Shown piece by piece: positions 41,268-50,563 of a DNA stretch of 64,000 nucleotides. Positions within the stretch are counted from its first letter, which is position 1. Each line of letters starts with the position of its first letter. The translations under genes and the position numbers were made by a program. The stretch comes from a virus: the IMG/VR virus record IMGVR_UViG_3300045988_130225, positions 32,001 through 96,000 of that record; one strand, given 5' to 3'. A model generated the notes under the pieces. The model was not told the origin of the DNA. It ran no database searches and saw nothing but the letters and a program-made list of their open reading frames with translations.

Positions 41268-41500
41268 TTTGATGCCGTAATTAACAACACACGCTATGGC
41301 TATAATTTGAAAAAAGGCTACCCTCAAGGGTAGACTTTTGAAAATTTGTGCCATGTGTTGTTGATTACGGTATCAAACAAGCGGGGAAGAATGTAGAAAT
41401 AACATGGTGCGAAACCCTTGGGTTGAGCATGCTACCATGTTATTTATATATTCTGGGGTGCAACGCCCAGAGACGGGGTGTGGGTGTCCTCAACCCCACC
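41268..41500 (+). ncRNA. Candidate structured RNA (novel)
   Basis: 24-bp stem 41268-41291/41354-41377 with two G-U wobbles on the plus strand, 12-bp stem 41397-41408/41434-41445, pseudoknot 41420-41427/41489-41496. Confidence 0.55.
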
Positions 41501-41564
41501 ATAATAATATTCATTACTAATTTTATATTTATATTAATATTATATAATATATATTATACCCCTT

Positions 41565-41592
41565 GACATATTCTATATTATATGATATAATC
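41565..41592 (+). promoter_or_regulatory. Near-consensus sigma70 promoter TTGACA...TATAAT
   Basis: CCCCTTGACATATTCTATAT...GATATAATCGG upstream of the plus-strand operon; end coordinate approximate. Confidence 0.6.
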
Positions 41593-41775
41593 GGAGTATG
41601 AAGTTGATTAATAGTAATAGAAAGTATAAGAGTTTTTGAATTTTTGTACTATCAAATGTATCTAATAAGGTGTTCTCTATATCTGATACATTTACTAGTA
41701 CAAAAAATTAAAAACTATATAATTTTTATTGAGTTTGCTTACATTTTAAAAAATACCAAAAAAGGAGAAATGATT

Positions 41776-42789
41776 ATGGAATTAGAATTTAACAAACCCT
41801 ATAAATACAAAGATTTATGTAATTTTTTTAATTTAGAGCCAAAAACAGGAACAACTAAAATTTACCAAATTAAAAGATTACAAAAAGAATACGAAATTGA
41901 AAAATTAGGAACAAACTATGTTTTTATTAAAAAATATACAAAAGAAGAAATAGAATTAGCTGAACAAACAGAAAAATTAAAAGGTGTTTATCAATCTTAT
42001 GTAGAATCTATTCTTACTGAATTAATCGCAAGACAGAATAACGGTATTCTTAGAATGTCTACTACAGAATTATTAAGAGAAGTAGGTTTTATAAATGAAG
42101 ATTTTAGCTACTGTAAATATAATAGTTACTTTTCTTCTTTAATTCTTAAAACAGATGAAATAGATTTACATGAATATACAGAAATTGTATATAAACAGTT
42201 ATCTCATTTATTAAGAACCATTATCCAAAATTTACATGATAAGCATTATCTTATTAGTAGACAATGTTTTAGATTATTAAAAGTTGTCAATACTAGAATG
42301 AATGGAACTAAAATTCAATCACAATATGAGGTTCCTATTGAAACAAAAGAAGAACAAGATATTTTAAAGATTTATCTTCGTACGGCACGTTCTTTAGGGT
42401 ATAATGACGTTAAAGAATTATATGTTAAATTTAAAGATGTAGAAAAATTTAAAGATTTAGTAGGTAAAGAAATTAATAAAATTTATCCAGAGTATAATGC
42501 TGTATGCAAAGTATATAGTTTAAGTAGCGATAGAATGACAGCTTTAGATAATAGTACAAAGATTAAGAATGAACTTACTCAAAAGATTAGAAAAAAGATT
42601 GAGGGTTCAAAAGCAACTATCGGCATGGAAGATTTAGCATTATATGTTGAAGCTACAATAGACCCAAAAAGAATCTATCAGATTAAAGAGAAATTTTCTA
42701 AATATGGTCATTTACTTAGAGAAAACCCAGAATTATTAAGACAGACTTTATTTAAAGAAAATGAAGATATTATGTTTTTCCATAATTAA
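41776..42789 (+). CDS. Hypothetical early protein, paralogous to 43602-44537
   Basis: GGAG ribosome site then MELEFNKPYKYKDLCNFFNLEP; internal similarity to the second copy. Confidence 0.6.
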   Translation: MELEFNKPYKYKDLCNFFNLEPKTGTTKIYQIKRLQKEYEIEKLGTNYVFIKKYTKEEIELAEQTEKLKGVYQSYVESILTELIARQNNGILRMSTTELLREVGFINEDFSYCKYNSYFSSLILKTDEIDLHEYTEIVYKQLSHLLRTIIQNLHDKHYLISRQCFRLLKVVNTRMNGTKIQSQYEVPIETKEEQDILKIYLRTARSLGYNDVKELYVKFKDVEKFKDLVGKEINKIYPEYNAVCKVYSLSSDRMTALDNSTKIKNELTQKIRKKIEGSKATIGMEDLALYVEATIDPKRIYQIKEKFSKYGHLLRENPELLRQTLFKENEDIMFFHN

Positions 42790-42934
42790 AAATTAAGAGC
42801 GTCCAAACGGACGTTCTTTTTTATTGCTTATTTCCACTAATATATTTATTACAAAATATTTTAAAATTACCCTTGACTTATATGTTTTCTTATGCTATTG
42901 TATAAGTATCACATACAGAAAGGTGGTATAACAA

Positions 42935-43597
42935 ATGGAGAAACCGATAAAGAAAATTATTATTATCAACGGCTCTGGTGGAGTTGGTAAGGACGCTTTT
43001 GCTAAAAGAGTTATTGAAGAAACTCTTAAATTGTCGAAACGTATTGTTCCAGTTGAGAATGAAGATTATTGTGTAGACCCAGAAGTTTTTTACAAAAGAA
43101 ATAATATTTCTACTATTGATTGCGTAAAAAATATTGCCAAAATGTTTAACTGGAATGGTGAGAAATCTGAAAAAGACAGAAAAATGTTAAGTGACCTAAA
43201 AGATTTAATGACGGTCTATAATGATTATCCTTTTAAATGTATTACAATACAAATTAGTAATTGGCTACATTGTGTTGGGTGTATGTATGACCATTCATTT
43301 CTTTTTGTACATTGTAGAGAGCCTAAAGAAATTGAAAGAATAAAAAATCAGTTTCCTAATGACACTTTTACTTTATTAGTACAGAATCCTAAAGTTGCAA
43401 AAGTAACTGGTAATCATGCTGATAGAGAAGTTGAAAATTACAATTATGATTTTACTGTAGTTAACGATTCTGACCTTAGAGCATTAAGAAAAGTTGCTAT
43501 TGACTTTTATAAGAAAATCTTTAACCAAGGTTTTACAAAGTATAAGTTTGTTGCTTCTGATTATGATTTCAACCCAGAGGAGAATGGGATATTTTAA
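42935..43597 (+). CDS. P-loop (deoxy)nucleotide kinase-like protein
   Basis: IIIINGSGGVGKDAFAKRVIEE Walker A; dNMP kinase-like size. Confidence 0.6.
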   Translation: MEKPIKKIIIINGSGGVGKDAFAKRVIEETLKLSKRIVPVENEDYCVDPEVFYKRNNISTIDCVKNIAKMFNWNGEKSEKDRKMLSDLKDLMTVYNDYPFKCITIQISNWLHCVGCMYDHSFLFVHCREPKEIERIKNQFPNDTFTLLVQNPKVAKVTGNHADREVENYNYDFTVVNDSDLRALRKVAIDFYKKIFNQGFTKYKFVASDYDFNPEENGIF

Positions 43598-43601
43598 AAA
43601 A

Positions 43602-44537
43602 ATGATAGAAATTGGTAGGACTTATCGTTATAAAGAACTTTGTGAAGCTATAGGAAAAAATAATGTTATAGGGTCTTATAAAACAACCTTACTTAAAAGT
43701 ATTTATAAGAATTATGAGGTAGTTCATAAAAACGGCTTTTATAAAATCATAAGAGAATATTCACAACAAGAAAAAGATGCAAAAGAAATTAAAGGAATGT
43801 ATCAAAAACTGCTTGAAGCTATATTAAGTAATTTTTTATCTCAACAAGACAATTATTCAGTCTGTACCTCAATGATGGAATTACTTTTAGCTTGTGGGAT
43901 TATTAATACAGATTTTAAATACTGTAGGTATAATATTGATTCTTCATCTAAAATACTTAAAAGTGACCCTTATGACTTAGAAGAATATATCACAAAATCT
44001 TATAATCTTCTTAGCCGAATGTTTAAAGATATTCTTGACCAACTTGAAAATAAAGCTTTAATCAAATGTCGAAAAGGTTACAAGCTGTTCAAAGTTAATA
44101 ACATGGGGTTACAAAGTGGTAGCAAGGTGATAACTCTTGGCTCAAAAGAGGAAACGATAATTATTAAGGCTGAGGAAGAAGGACTTAAGGAAATGGGTCT
44201 TACTAAGCTATTTGAAGTATATAGAAATGAAATTAGTATTGAAACATTTAAAAAAATCACAAACAGAAAGATAAAAGAACAGTTTCCAGATTATGACGGT
44301 TATTACAAAGTATATCATATCACTTTAAATCGTACAGGACTTTGGGAGAACAAGAATAATATCTATAAAGAACTTAATAAAAAAATTCAAACCAAGTTAT
44401 TAAAAAATAAAGGTTTATCTGAAATAACGCAATTAAAGAAAATGGTAGACGCTACAATTAATTTGTCCAGACCATTTAAAATACAAGAAAATTTAAAGCT
44501 TATGAAAAAGTTGGAAGGAGAAAATAACAATGAGTGA
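43602..44537 (+). CDS. Hypothetical early protein, paralogous to 41776-42789
   Basis: MIEIGRTYRYKELCEAIGKNNVIGSYKTTLLKSIYKNYEVV; shared layout with the first copy. Confidence 0.6.
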   Translation: MIEIGRTYRYKELCEAIGKNNVIGSYKTTLLKSIYKNYEVVHKNGFYKIIREYSQQEKDAKEIKGMYQKLLEAILSNFLSQQDNYSVCTSMMELLLACGIINTDFKYCRYNIDSSSKILKSDPYDLEEYITKSYNLLSRMFKDILDQLENKALIKCRKGYKLFKVNNMGLQSGSKVITLGSKEETIIIKAEEEGLKEMGLTKLFEVYRNEISIETFKKITNRKIKEQFPDYDGYYKVYHITLNRTGLWENKNNIYKELNKKIQTKLLKNKGLSEITQLKKMVDATINLSRPFKIQENLKLMKKLEGENNNE

Positions 44538-44787
44538 GATTAAAAAAACAGAAAATGGTGTTACAACTAAGTACAAAGGCGTATGGAACGCTACAATCTG
44601 TGTTGAAGAAAATTTTACAAGTGATGAATTTACAGAAGAAGATTTACATGATTTTATAAACAGATGTGGTAAATATGCTGAGGAAAAATTACAGAAAATT
44701 ATTGAAGAGATTTTATCAAAAGCTTTAGACGGTAAAGTAAGTGTAAGTAATTTCAATTATAATTTTAATGAAATTGAAAATAAATAA
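44530..44787 (+). CDS. Hypothetical small protein
   Basis: 85 aa ORF overlapping the previous stop. Confidence 0.5.
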   Translation: MSEIKKTENGVTTKYKGVWNATICVEENFTSDEFTEEDLHDFINRCGKYAEEKLQKIIEEILSKALDGKVSVSNFNYNFNEIENK

Positions 44788-44854
44788 TAATAAAACGGAA
44801 TATATTAATGAAAATAAATAAAACAATAAAATAAATCAGAAAGGATAAATACAT

Positions 44855-44992
44855 ATGAATTCAAAAGTATTAAAGAAGAAATATGTAGGATATTTAACTA
44901 AATCAGGAAAATATATCTCTACAGGATTAGTTTTCAACATTAACAACTGGATTTATAAAATTACAACAACACCATATGGTGGAGGTGCCTAG
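44855..44992 (+). CDS. Small hypothetical protein (45 aa)
   Basis: AAAGGA site then MNSKVLKKKYVGYLTKSGKYISTGLVFNINNWIYK. Confidence 0.4.
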   Translation: MNSKVLKKKYVGYLTKSGKYISTGLVFNINNWIYKITTTPYGGGA

Positions 44993-45136
44993 TGAAGAAT
45001 ATAATGCTAGATTTCATGATGGGAATAATTTGTATTCTATTAATAATAACAGTAATTGAAATGCTTGCGCTTCCGTGTACGTTAAGTGCTTGGTCAGCAA
45101 TGAGATTAAATGAAAAATGGGAGGAGAAGGAAGAAA

Positions 45137-45808
45137 ATGAAAACGGTTTTTAATTGGATTGGCGATGATTGGAGAAGAGTAAAAAATCATTGCCGTACAA
45201 CAGATAACAAAGATTTTACAGAAAAAGATGCTACAGATATTTTTAAGAAAAAACTGCTTATTTCTGAGCATAGTCCTATTAGGTTGCTTGAATTTGATTG
45301 GACTTGGAAAACAATTAAATACTGGTTAAGTACCGAAATGAGCCGTCATAAGTATGAAAAATTTATATCTACAGCAAGAGATGATAGAGGATTTTCAGAA
45401 AGAAAAACAGAAGAGGGCTATACAGTATGGGACGAAGTTACAAAACAGAATATTGAATACCACCCATTATCCAGAGATGACGCACCACAGAAAAATCCTG
45501 TAAATTTTGATGGTTACGCTAACATGCAGAATTTAATTGACGTTTGGCGTAAGAGATTGTGTTTCTGCTGTACTAAGGACGCAAGAGAATTAGCAGAAGA
45601 TTTTAAATACGTTTTACATGAAACTCACCCTATTGAAGCTGATGTATTACAGAAAAATTGTATATACAGATGTGGTTGTCCAGAGTTTAAATCTTGTGGA
45701 TATTGGGAAAATTTTTGCAAGAAACATAGTAAAGAAGATTTGATAAATATTCAGACAAGATATGATTTGGCTAATAAAGAGTTTTATGAAAATTATAAGG
45801 AGAAATAA
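45137..45808 (+). CDS. Cysteine-rich hypothetical protein
   Basis: Start MKTVFNWIGDDWRR; CFCCTKDARE...CIYRCGCPEFKSCGYWENFCKKH. Confidence 0.5.
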   Translation: MKTVFNWIGDDWRRVKNHCRTTDNKDFTEKDATDIFKKKLLISEHSPIRLLEFDWTWKTIKYWLSTEMSRHKYEKFISTARDDRGFSERKTEEGYTVWDEVTKQNIEYHPLSRDDAPQKNPVNFDGYANMQNLIDVWRKRLCFCCTKDARELAEDFKYVLHETHPIEADVLQKNCIYRCGCPEFKSCGYWENFCKKHSKEDLINIQTRYDLANKEFYENYKEK

Positions 45809-45810
45809 TC

Positions 45811-45984
45811 ATGTTAAAAGCAAAATTTGAAAAATATTTAGGAAAACACATATCAATTAGATTATTTGATGGTAACGTTTATACTGGATATTTATACAAG
45901 TCTGGAAATAAAGAACGCTTTCCAAATGACCCTAACTTATATGTACCAAGAAATTATTATTTTTTAATAGGAGAATGGTTATGA
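45811..45984 (+). CDS. Small hypothetical protein (57 aa)
   Basis: MLKAKFEKYLGKHISIRLFDGNVYTGYLYKSGNKERFPNDPNLY after AAGGAG. Confidence 0.45.
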   Translation: MLKAKFEKYLGKHISIRLFDGNVYTGYLYKSGNKERFPNDPNLYVPRNYYFLIGEWL

Positions 45985-46259
45985 AAGAATTAAAAGAAAC
46001 AATGGAAATGATGAACAGTGAAAATTATAAAGAAAGATTTAAAGCTGAATATTGGCAGACTTATATTAGATATGAAAAATTAACAAAAATGGTTGAAAAC
46101 TGGGAGAAAGGTGAATTAAATTTTACACCTACTTGTGATAAAAAAATATATAAGATACAGTTACTTCATATGGCTAACTATCTTAGTATTCTTAGAGTAA
46201 GAGCAAAGATTGAAAACGTAGATTTAGGAATTGAGGAAGAAAATGAAAAAGACTGTTAA
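45981..46259 (+). CDS. Hypothetical protein
   Basis: MKELKETMEMMNSENYKERFK. Confidence 0.5.
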   Translation: MKELKETMEMMNSENYKERFKAEYWQTYIRYEKLTKMVENWEKGELNFTPTCDKKIYKIQLLHMANYLSILRVRAKIENVDLGIEEENEKDC

Positions 46260-46530
46260 TAATTCTACAAAGTTAAGTCAAGAAGAATTTGTTTCGTTTA
46301 GTAAAAGAATGATTCAAAGATACTATACAGAATTGTTTGGTGGCAATACAGTATCATCTGATGAAATATTTTTAGTATGGTATTGTAAGACTTTACAGAA
46401 TCATAAGGCGTTACTGGGTGTTATTGGTCGGTATGATGAATATTTTGAAGCTACCTATGACGGTGATAATAATAAAGTTTATCTGGACGTATATAAGAAA
46501 GATAAGAATATTATAGTTGAACCGATATGA
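46243..46530 (+). CDS. Hypothetical protein
   Basis: MKKTVNNSTKLSQEEFVSFSKRM. Confidence 0.5.
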   Translation: MKKTVNNSTKLSQEEFVSFSKRMIQRYYTELFGGNTVSSDEIFLVWYCKTLQNHKALLGVIGRYDEYFEATYDGDNNKVYLDVYKKDKNIIVEPI

Positions 46531-46577
46531 ATTGAATAAAAAAGAATAAAAAGTTTTAAAATTTTTTAAAAAAGTTC

Positions 46578-46606
46578 TTGACGGATTAAGGATTATATAG
46601 TATAGT
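46578..46606 (+). promoter_or_regulatory. Promoter TTGACG-N17-TATAGT with A/T-rich UP-like element
   Basis: Direct reading; same upstream block (AAAATTTTTTAAAAAAGTTC) as the next promoter. Confidence 0.7.
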
Positions 46607-46653
46607 ATGAAATATAATGAATAAAAAAATAATATTAAAGGAGATTAAAAGAA

Positions 46654-46902
46654 ATGGAGAGTTTAGCAATGAATTTAACAGATGCACAGAAGAGAGCAGT
46701 AGAGTTAAAAGATGAAATTATTAAAATTTGTGAAGAAAAGAAGTTAATTCTGGTTGCTCCTAAAGAGGGAATTGGTTTTTATGATTTAGAGTCAAAGGAA
46801 CTGGTTGCTATTTGGTCTGATAGTAAAGCCAATGAAGAAACAAAACCAGTTGATGAAGATAGCGAAGCACCAGAAGCACCGGAAATTCCAGAACAGGAAT
46901 AA
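46654..46902 (+). CDS. Small acidic hypothetical protein
   Basis: 82 aa. Confidence 0.5.
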   Translation: MESLAMNLTDAQKRAVELKDEIIKICEEKKLILVAPKEGIGFYDLESKELVAIWSDSKANEETKPVDEDSEAPEAPEIPEQE

Positions 46903-46954
46903 ACCATTATGATCAAGGACTTAATAAAAATAATTAAAAATTTTTAAAAAGTCC

Positions 46955-46983
46955 TTGACTTATCTAATAAAATATGTTATAGT
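46955..46983 (+). promoter_or_regulatory. Promoter TTGACT-N17-TATAGT driving the large ncRNA
   Basis: Direct reading. Confidence 0.75.
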
Positions 46984-46989
46984 ATATAC

Positions 46990-47719
46990 ATAGCAAACAA
47001 GAGAACAAGTAAATGAGTAAACGTAATTAATTATTTAGTCGAAAGTTTACAGAGTTTGACAGTTGCTAAAATAACTAAATTTATAGGTTTGGCATGAGGA
47101 AGAGTTATTGTGTAACAAGGGCCGTCGAATGTAATTAAAATCTACGGAGAACAAACTCCGGTAAAAGCCCTGCGTATGAAAGTGGTGTATATCTTTTTTG
47201 TTAGGTTCAGCTTTTGCCTAAATCGTGTGTAGACGAAGAAAAGATATATAAAAGCAAAAATAGGTTTTTTCTCTGAATCATGTTAAATCGGCGGTTGGTT
47301 GGTTATTAAGTGTAAGCGCAAACACGTAATAACGCAACATGATGTGTCACTACTCACAACCGCTTTTGGTATGCTATCCACACATACCAAAGCCTCCTAA
47401 TTCGCAATACAAAAGATTAATTTTCTCCTTTTTGACTAGTAACTTTTCTGGTAGATGGACGTGAATAGTCAAAGGTGGCAACTTGTTTTATCGAGGAATA
47501 AGTTGCCACATACATAGTAATTGAAAACTGAATATTTGAGATTACTAAAAAATCCGTTAATAATGAAAATGCTAAGTATTCATAGATACGATAAATATTT
47601 AGCTTAAAATGTTATTAAAAACCTACTCTGTAGAGATATAAACCATGGCAGTGAGAACGTATCTAGTCTGTGATTACAGAATATTATCCTTTGGTAGCGG
47701 TTGAGGGGATATTAATTAA
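46990..47719 (+). ncRNA. Large ornate structured RNA candidate (GOLLD/ROOL-like class or new)
   Basis: No ORF, own promoter, at least eight stems of 7-13 bp and a pseudoknot, directly followed by tRNA-Gln. Confidence 0.7.
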
Positions 47720-47791
47720 AGGGCATTAGCCAAGCGGAAAGGCAAAACACTTTGACTGTTTCATGCGTAGGTCCGAATCCTACATGCCCTG
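47720..47791 (+). tRNA. tRNA-Gln (anticodon TTG)
   Basis: AGGGCAT/ATGCCCT acceptor, GCC/GGC D-stem, AAACA-CTTTGAC-TGTTT, GTAGG-TCCGAAT-CCTAC. Confidence 0.93.
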
Positions 47792-47821
47792 TTTATAAAA
47801 ATAAATGTTTGGTGATTAAAA

Positions 47822-48570
47822 ATGAATACTAATATTAAATATTATGAACGTAAAGTTCCAATAGTTGATACTTATTCTGTTAAAGAATTAGAAGAAATTG
47901 TGAAAAATTCATATTCTTTTAAAGAAGTAATTTTAAAATTGGGGTATAAAACGCAGAATGGAAGTAATATAAAAACAGTAAGAAACAGATTAGAAAACTT
48001 AAACATTGATTATAGTCATTTTGCTTCTACTATGCAAATAAAAAGAACCTATGAAAATGTATTTTGTAAAAATAGTACAACTACACAGCATGTTTTAAGA
48101 CGGTGGTATAAGAAAATAAGTAATGATAATATTTGTACTATTTGCAGACAGGATAAAATCTGGAATAATAAAGAATTGACTATGATTTTAGACCACATTG
48201 ATGGCAACAATCATAACAATGTAACTTCAAATCTACGGTGGATTTGTCCTAATTGCAACAGTCAGTTGCCTACATTTGCAGGCAGAAATTTAAGATTAGA
48301 AATGTAAAGTTAAAACATACAAGAGAAAAGAAAATTTGTCCTATTTGCAACAAAAATATCCTTTCTAACAGTGATAATAAAATGTGTATTGATTGCTACA
48401 AAAATTATCAATCCAGAAATATTCCTGCTAAAGAAGAGTTAGAAAAATTAATTTATAATACGCCTTTTGTAAAAATTGGTAAAAAATACGGGGTATCAGA
48501 TAACGCTGTAAGAAATTGGTGTAAGAAATACGGCTTACCTTATAAATATAATGATTTACACAAAAGATAA
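47822..48570 (+). pseudogene. HNH homing endonuclease split by a 1-nt frameshift
   Basis: HNH core ...CTICRQDKIWNNKELTMILDHIDGNNHNNVTSNLRWICPNCNSQLPTFAGRN in ORF 47822..48307; C-terminal HTH domain (KLIYNTPFVKIGKKYGVSDNAVRNWCKKYGLPYKY) continues in another frame to 48570. Confidence 0.8.
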
Positions 48571-48675
48571 TTAATTTATTATGTTTAAGTCTTGTTGGAA
48601 AGAATTAGTAGATATTATAGGTAATCTATTAAACAATGCAAGTTCAACTCTTGCACCTAAATTTTTATCATAAAC

Positions 48676-48749
48676 GGAACAATATTTCAACTGGTTAGAA
48701 AGTTCGGCTCATAACCGAAAAGTTATAGGTTCGAGTCCTATTTGTTCCA
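48676..48749 (+). tRNA. tRNA-Met (anticodon CAT)
   Basis: GGAACAA/TTGTTCC acceptor, TTTC/GAAA D-stem, TTCGG-CTCATAA-CCGAA, ATAGG-TTCGAGT-CCTAT. Confidence 0.93.
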
Positions 48750-48851
48750 TTAGAAGAATAATCAATATTGCACACCATCACCTTATAATTATAATGACGT
48801 TCCCCCTAAAATAACGTTTATTACTGCAATATTAATTGTTCTTCACAATAC

Positions 48852-48915
48852 AAAACAGTAATACAGTATAACAACTCCCACCACCAATGTTTATGCTGTA
48901 TTACTGTTTTTTATA
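48852..48915 (+). terminator. Long-stem terminator after tRNA-Met
   Basis: AAAACAGTAATACAG/CTGTATTACTGTTTT 15-bp inverted repeat followed by TT. Confidence 0.55.
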
Positions 48916-48935
48916 GAACAGTAAGCCAAAAACCC

Positions 48936-50169
48936 CCATTAGCTTTAGCTGATGGGAAGAATAGTGGAGAACAATTAACTGAGAGTGAGGTGATTATAGA
49001 TGTTGGTAGCATACAAATACAGATTGTATCCGAATAAAGAACAACAAGAATATTTTGCTAAATGTTTTGGGTGTGTACGATTTATCTATAATCGTATGCT
49101 TTCAGATAAGATTGACTATTATAAAGAAACAAAGAAAAAGCTGAATAATACACCTGCTCAGTACAAGAAAAAGTTTGAGTGGCTAAAAGAAGTAGATTCA
49201 CTTGCATTAGCAAATGCTCAAATGAATTTGCAGACAGCCTATAACAATTTTTTCAAACGTCCAGAAGTGGGTTTTCCAAAATTCAAAAGCAAGAAGAATA
49301 ATCACTTCTCTTATACTACAAATAATCAGGGAGGAAACATTTATGTGACAGACCGATACATAAAACTCCCTAAGATTGGACTTGTTAGAGTTCGGAAACA
49401 TAGAGATTTTGAAGGATTAATTAAGTCTGTTACTATTTCTAAAAGTCCGTCTGGTAAATACTTTGTTTCAGTATTAGTAGACCAAAAAGATAAAGAAAAA
49501 TTAATTCCAAACAATAACCAAATTGGAATTGATTTAGGTATTAAAGAATTTTGTATTACTTCTGATGAAGAGATGATTCAAAATCCAAAGTTTCTTAGAA
49601 AGTCTGAAAAGAAATTAAGAAAATTACAAAAGGATTTATCTCGTTGTCAAAAAGAAAGTAAAAATAGAGAAAAATGCAGAATTAAAGTCGCAAGACAACA
49701 TGAAAAGATTGCAAATCAACGTAAAGATTTTCTACATAAGTTATCTAGGCGATTTATTGATGAAAACCAAATCATTGCATTAGAAACTTTGAAAATTAAA
49801 AATATGATGAGTAATCATAAATTAGCAAAATCAATAGCAGATGTATCATGGTCTGAATTTGTAAGACAATTAGAGTATAAGGCTCAGTGGTATGGTAGAG
49901 AAATCGTAAGGATTGATACTTGGTATCCATCAAGTCAGATATGCTCTAATTGTGGTCACAAAGACAGAAGAAAGCCATTATCAGTAAGAGAATGGATCTG
50001 TCCTAATTGTGGTACACATCATGAAAGGGATATAAATGCAGCTATAAATATTCTTAAAGAAGGTTTGAGAATTAAAACGGCAGGAACTGTCGAGATAGTC
50101 TAAGTAAACTTGTGCGGTTACGCATATTGATTAGAAAATCCAATGAGTTTTAACTCATGGGTAGTTCAG
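48936..50169 (+). mobile_element. IS200/IS605-type TnpB-only element (boundaries approximate)
   Basis: CCCATTAGCTTTAGCTGATGGG hairpin at the left and ATGAGTTTTAACTCATGGGTAGTTCAG at the right, same end style as the IStron-like element. Confidence 0.65.
49000..50103 (+). CDS. tnpB: TnpB RNA-guided nuclease
   Basis: [26 protein letters not shown]...[15 protein letters not shown]. Confidence 0.9.
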   Translation: MLVAYKYRLYPNKEQQEYFAKCFGCVRFIYNRMLSDKIDYYKETKKKLNNTPAQYKKKFEWLKEVDSLALANAQMNLQTAYNNFFKRPEVGFPKFKSKKNNHFSYTTNNQGGNIYVTDRYIKLPKIGLVRVRKHRDFEGLIKSVTISKSPSGKYFVSVLVDQKDKEKLIPNNNQIGIDLGIKEFCITSDEEMIQNPKFLRKSEKKLRKLQKDLSRCQKESKNREKCRIKVARQHEKIANQRKDFLHKLSRRFIDENQIIALETLKIKNMMSNHKLAKSIADVSWSEFVRQLEYKAQWYGREIVRIDTWYPSSQICSNCGHKDRRKPLSVREWICPNCGTHHERDINAAINILKEGLRIKTAGTVEIV

Positions 50170-50217
50170 AGGTAAGTTAATGAGTAGATGTAGAGGTAAG
50201 TTAATGAGTAGATGTAA
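50170..50217 (+). repeat. 24-nt tandem duplication
   Basis: AGGTAAGTTAATGAGTAGATGTAG / AGGTAAGTTAATGAGTAGATGTAA. Confidence 0.9.
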
Positions 50218-50557
50218 TTGTCAGCATTGTGATGCTTATATCAACATTCCAATAAACTGGTTCACAATGTATTTCTATGAGGACTTAACAAGATGTTGGA
50301 TTTTTTGGCATATGAAAATGAATCATGATTTTCAGAGTACAGAAGATAATTGGTTTACTTTTGTATTAAGATTTATTGGGTTAATGTTAAAATTTGATTT
50401 AGCTTGTGTGTTGATTTCAGTGAAGATTGTGCTGACACCATTTTTAATGTTGGATAAATTTTTATTCTTTGACGCTAGAAGAGATATGGATTTTGAATAT
50501 TTGGATAGTGATGAAGTTGAGGAAGATGAAGATAAAAGTGAGGATAAGGAGAATTAA
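50180..50557 (+). CDS. Hypothetical protein with acidic C-terminus
   Basis: MSRC(RGKLMSRC)NCQHCDAY; start at 50180 or 50204. Confidence 0.5.
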   Translation: MSRCRGKLMSRCNCQHCDAYINIPINWFTMYFYEDLTRCWIFWHMKMNHDFQSTEDNWFTFVLRFIGLMLKFDLACVLISVKIVLTPFLMLDKFLFFDARRDMDFEYLDSDEVEEDEDKSEDKEN

Positions 50558-50563
50558 ATAAAA

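Noticed and set aside
48584-48661. Possible third tRNA with a T-arm-like GCAAG-TTCAACT-CTTGC
   Set aside because: No normal D-arm or 7-nt anticodon loop, and the acceptor stem has a mismatch; at most a relic
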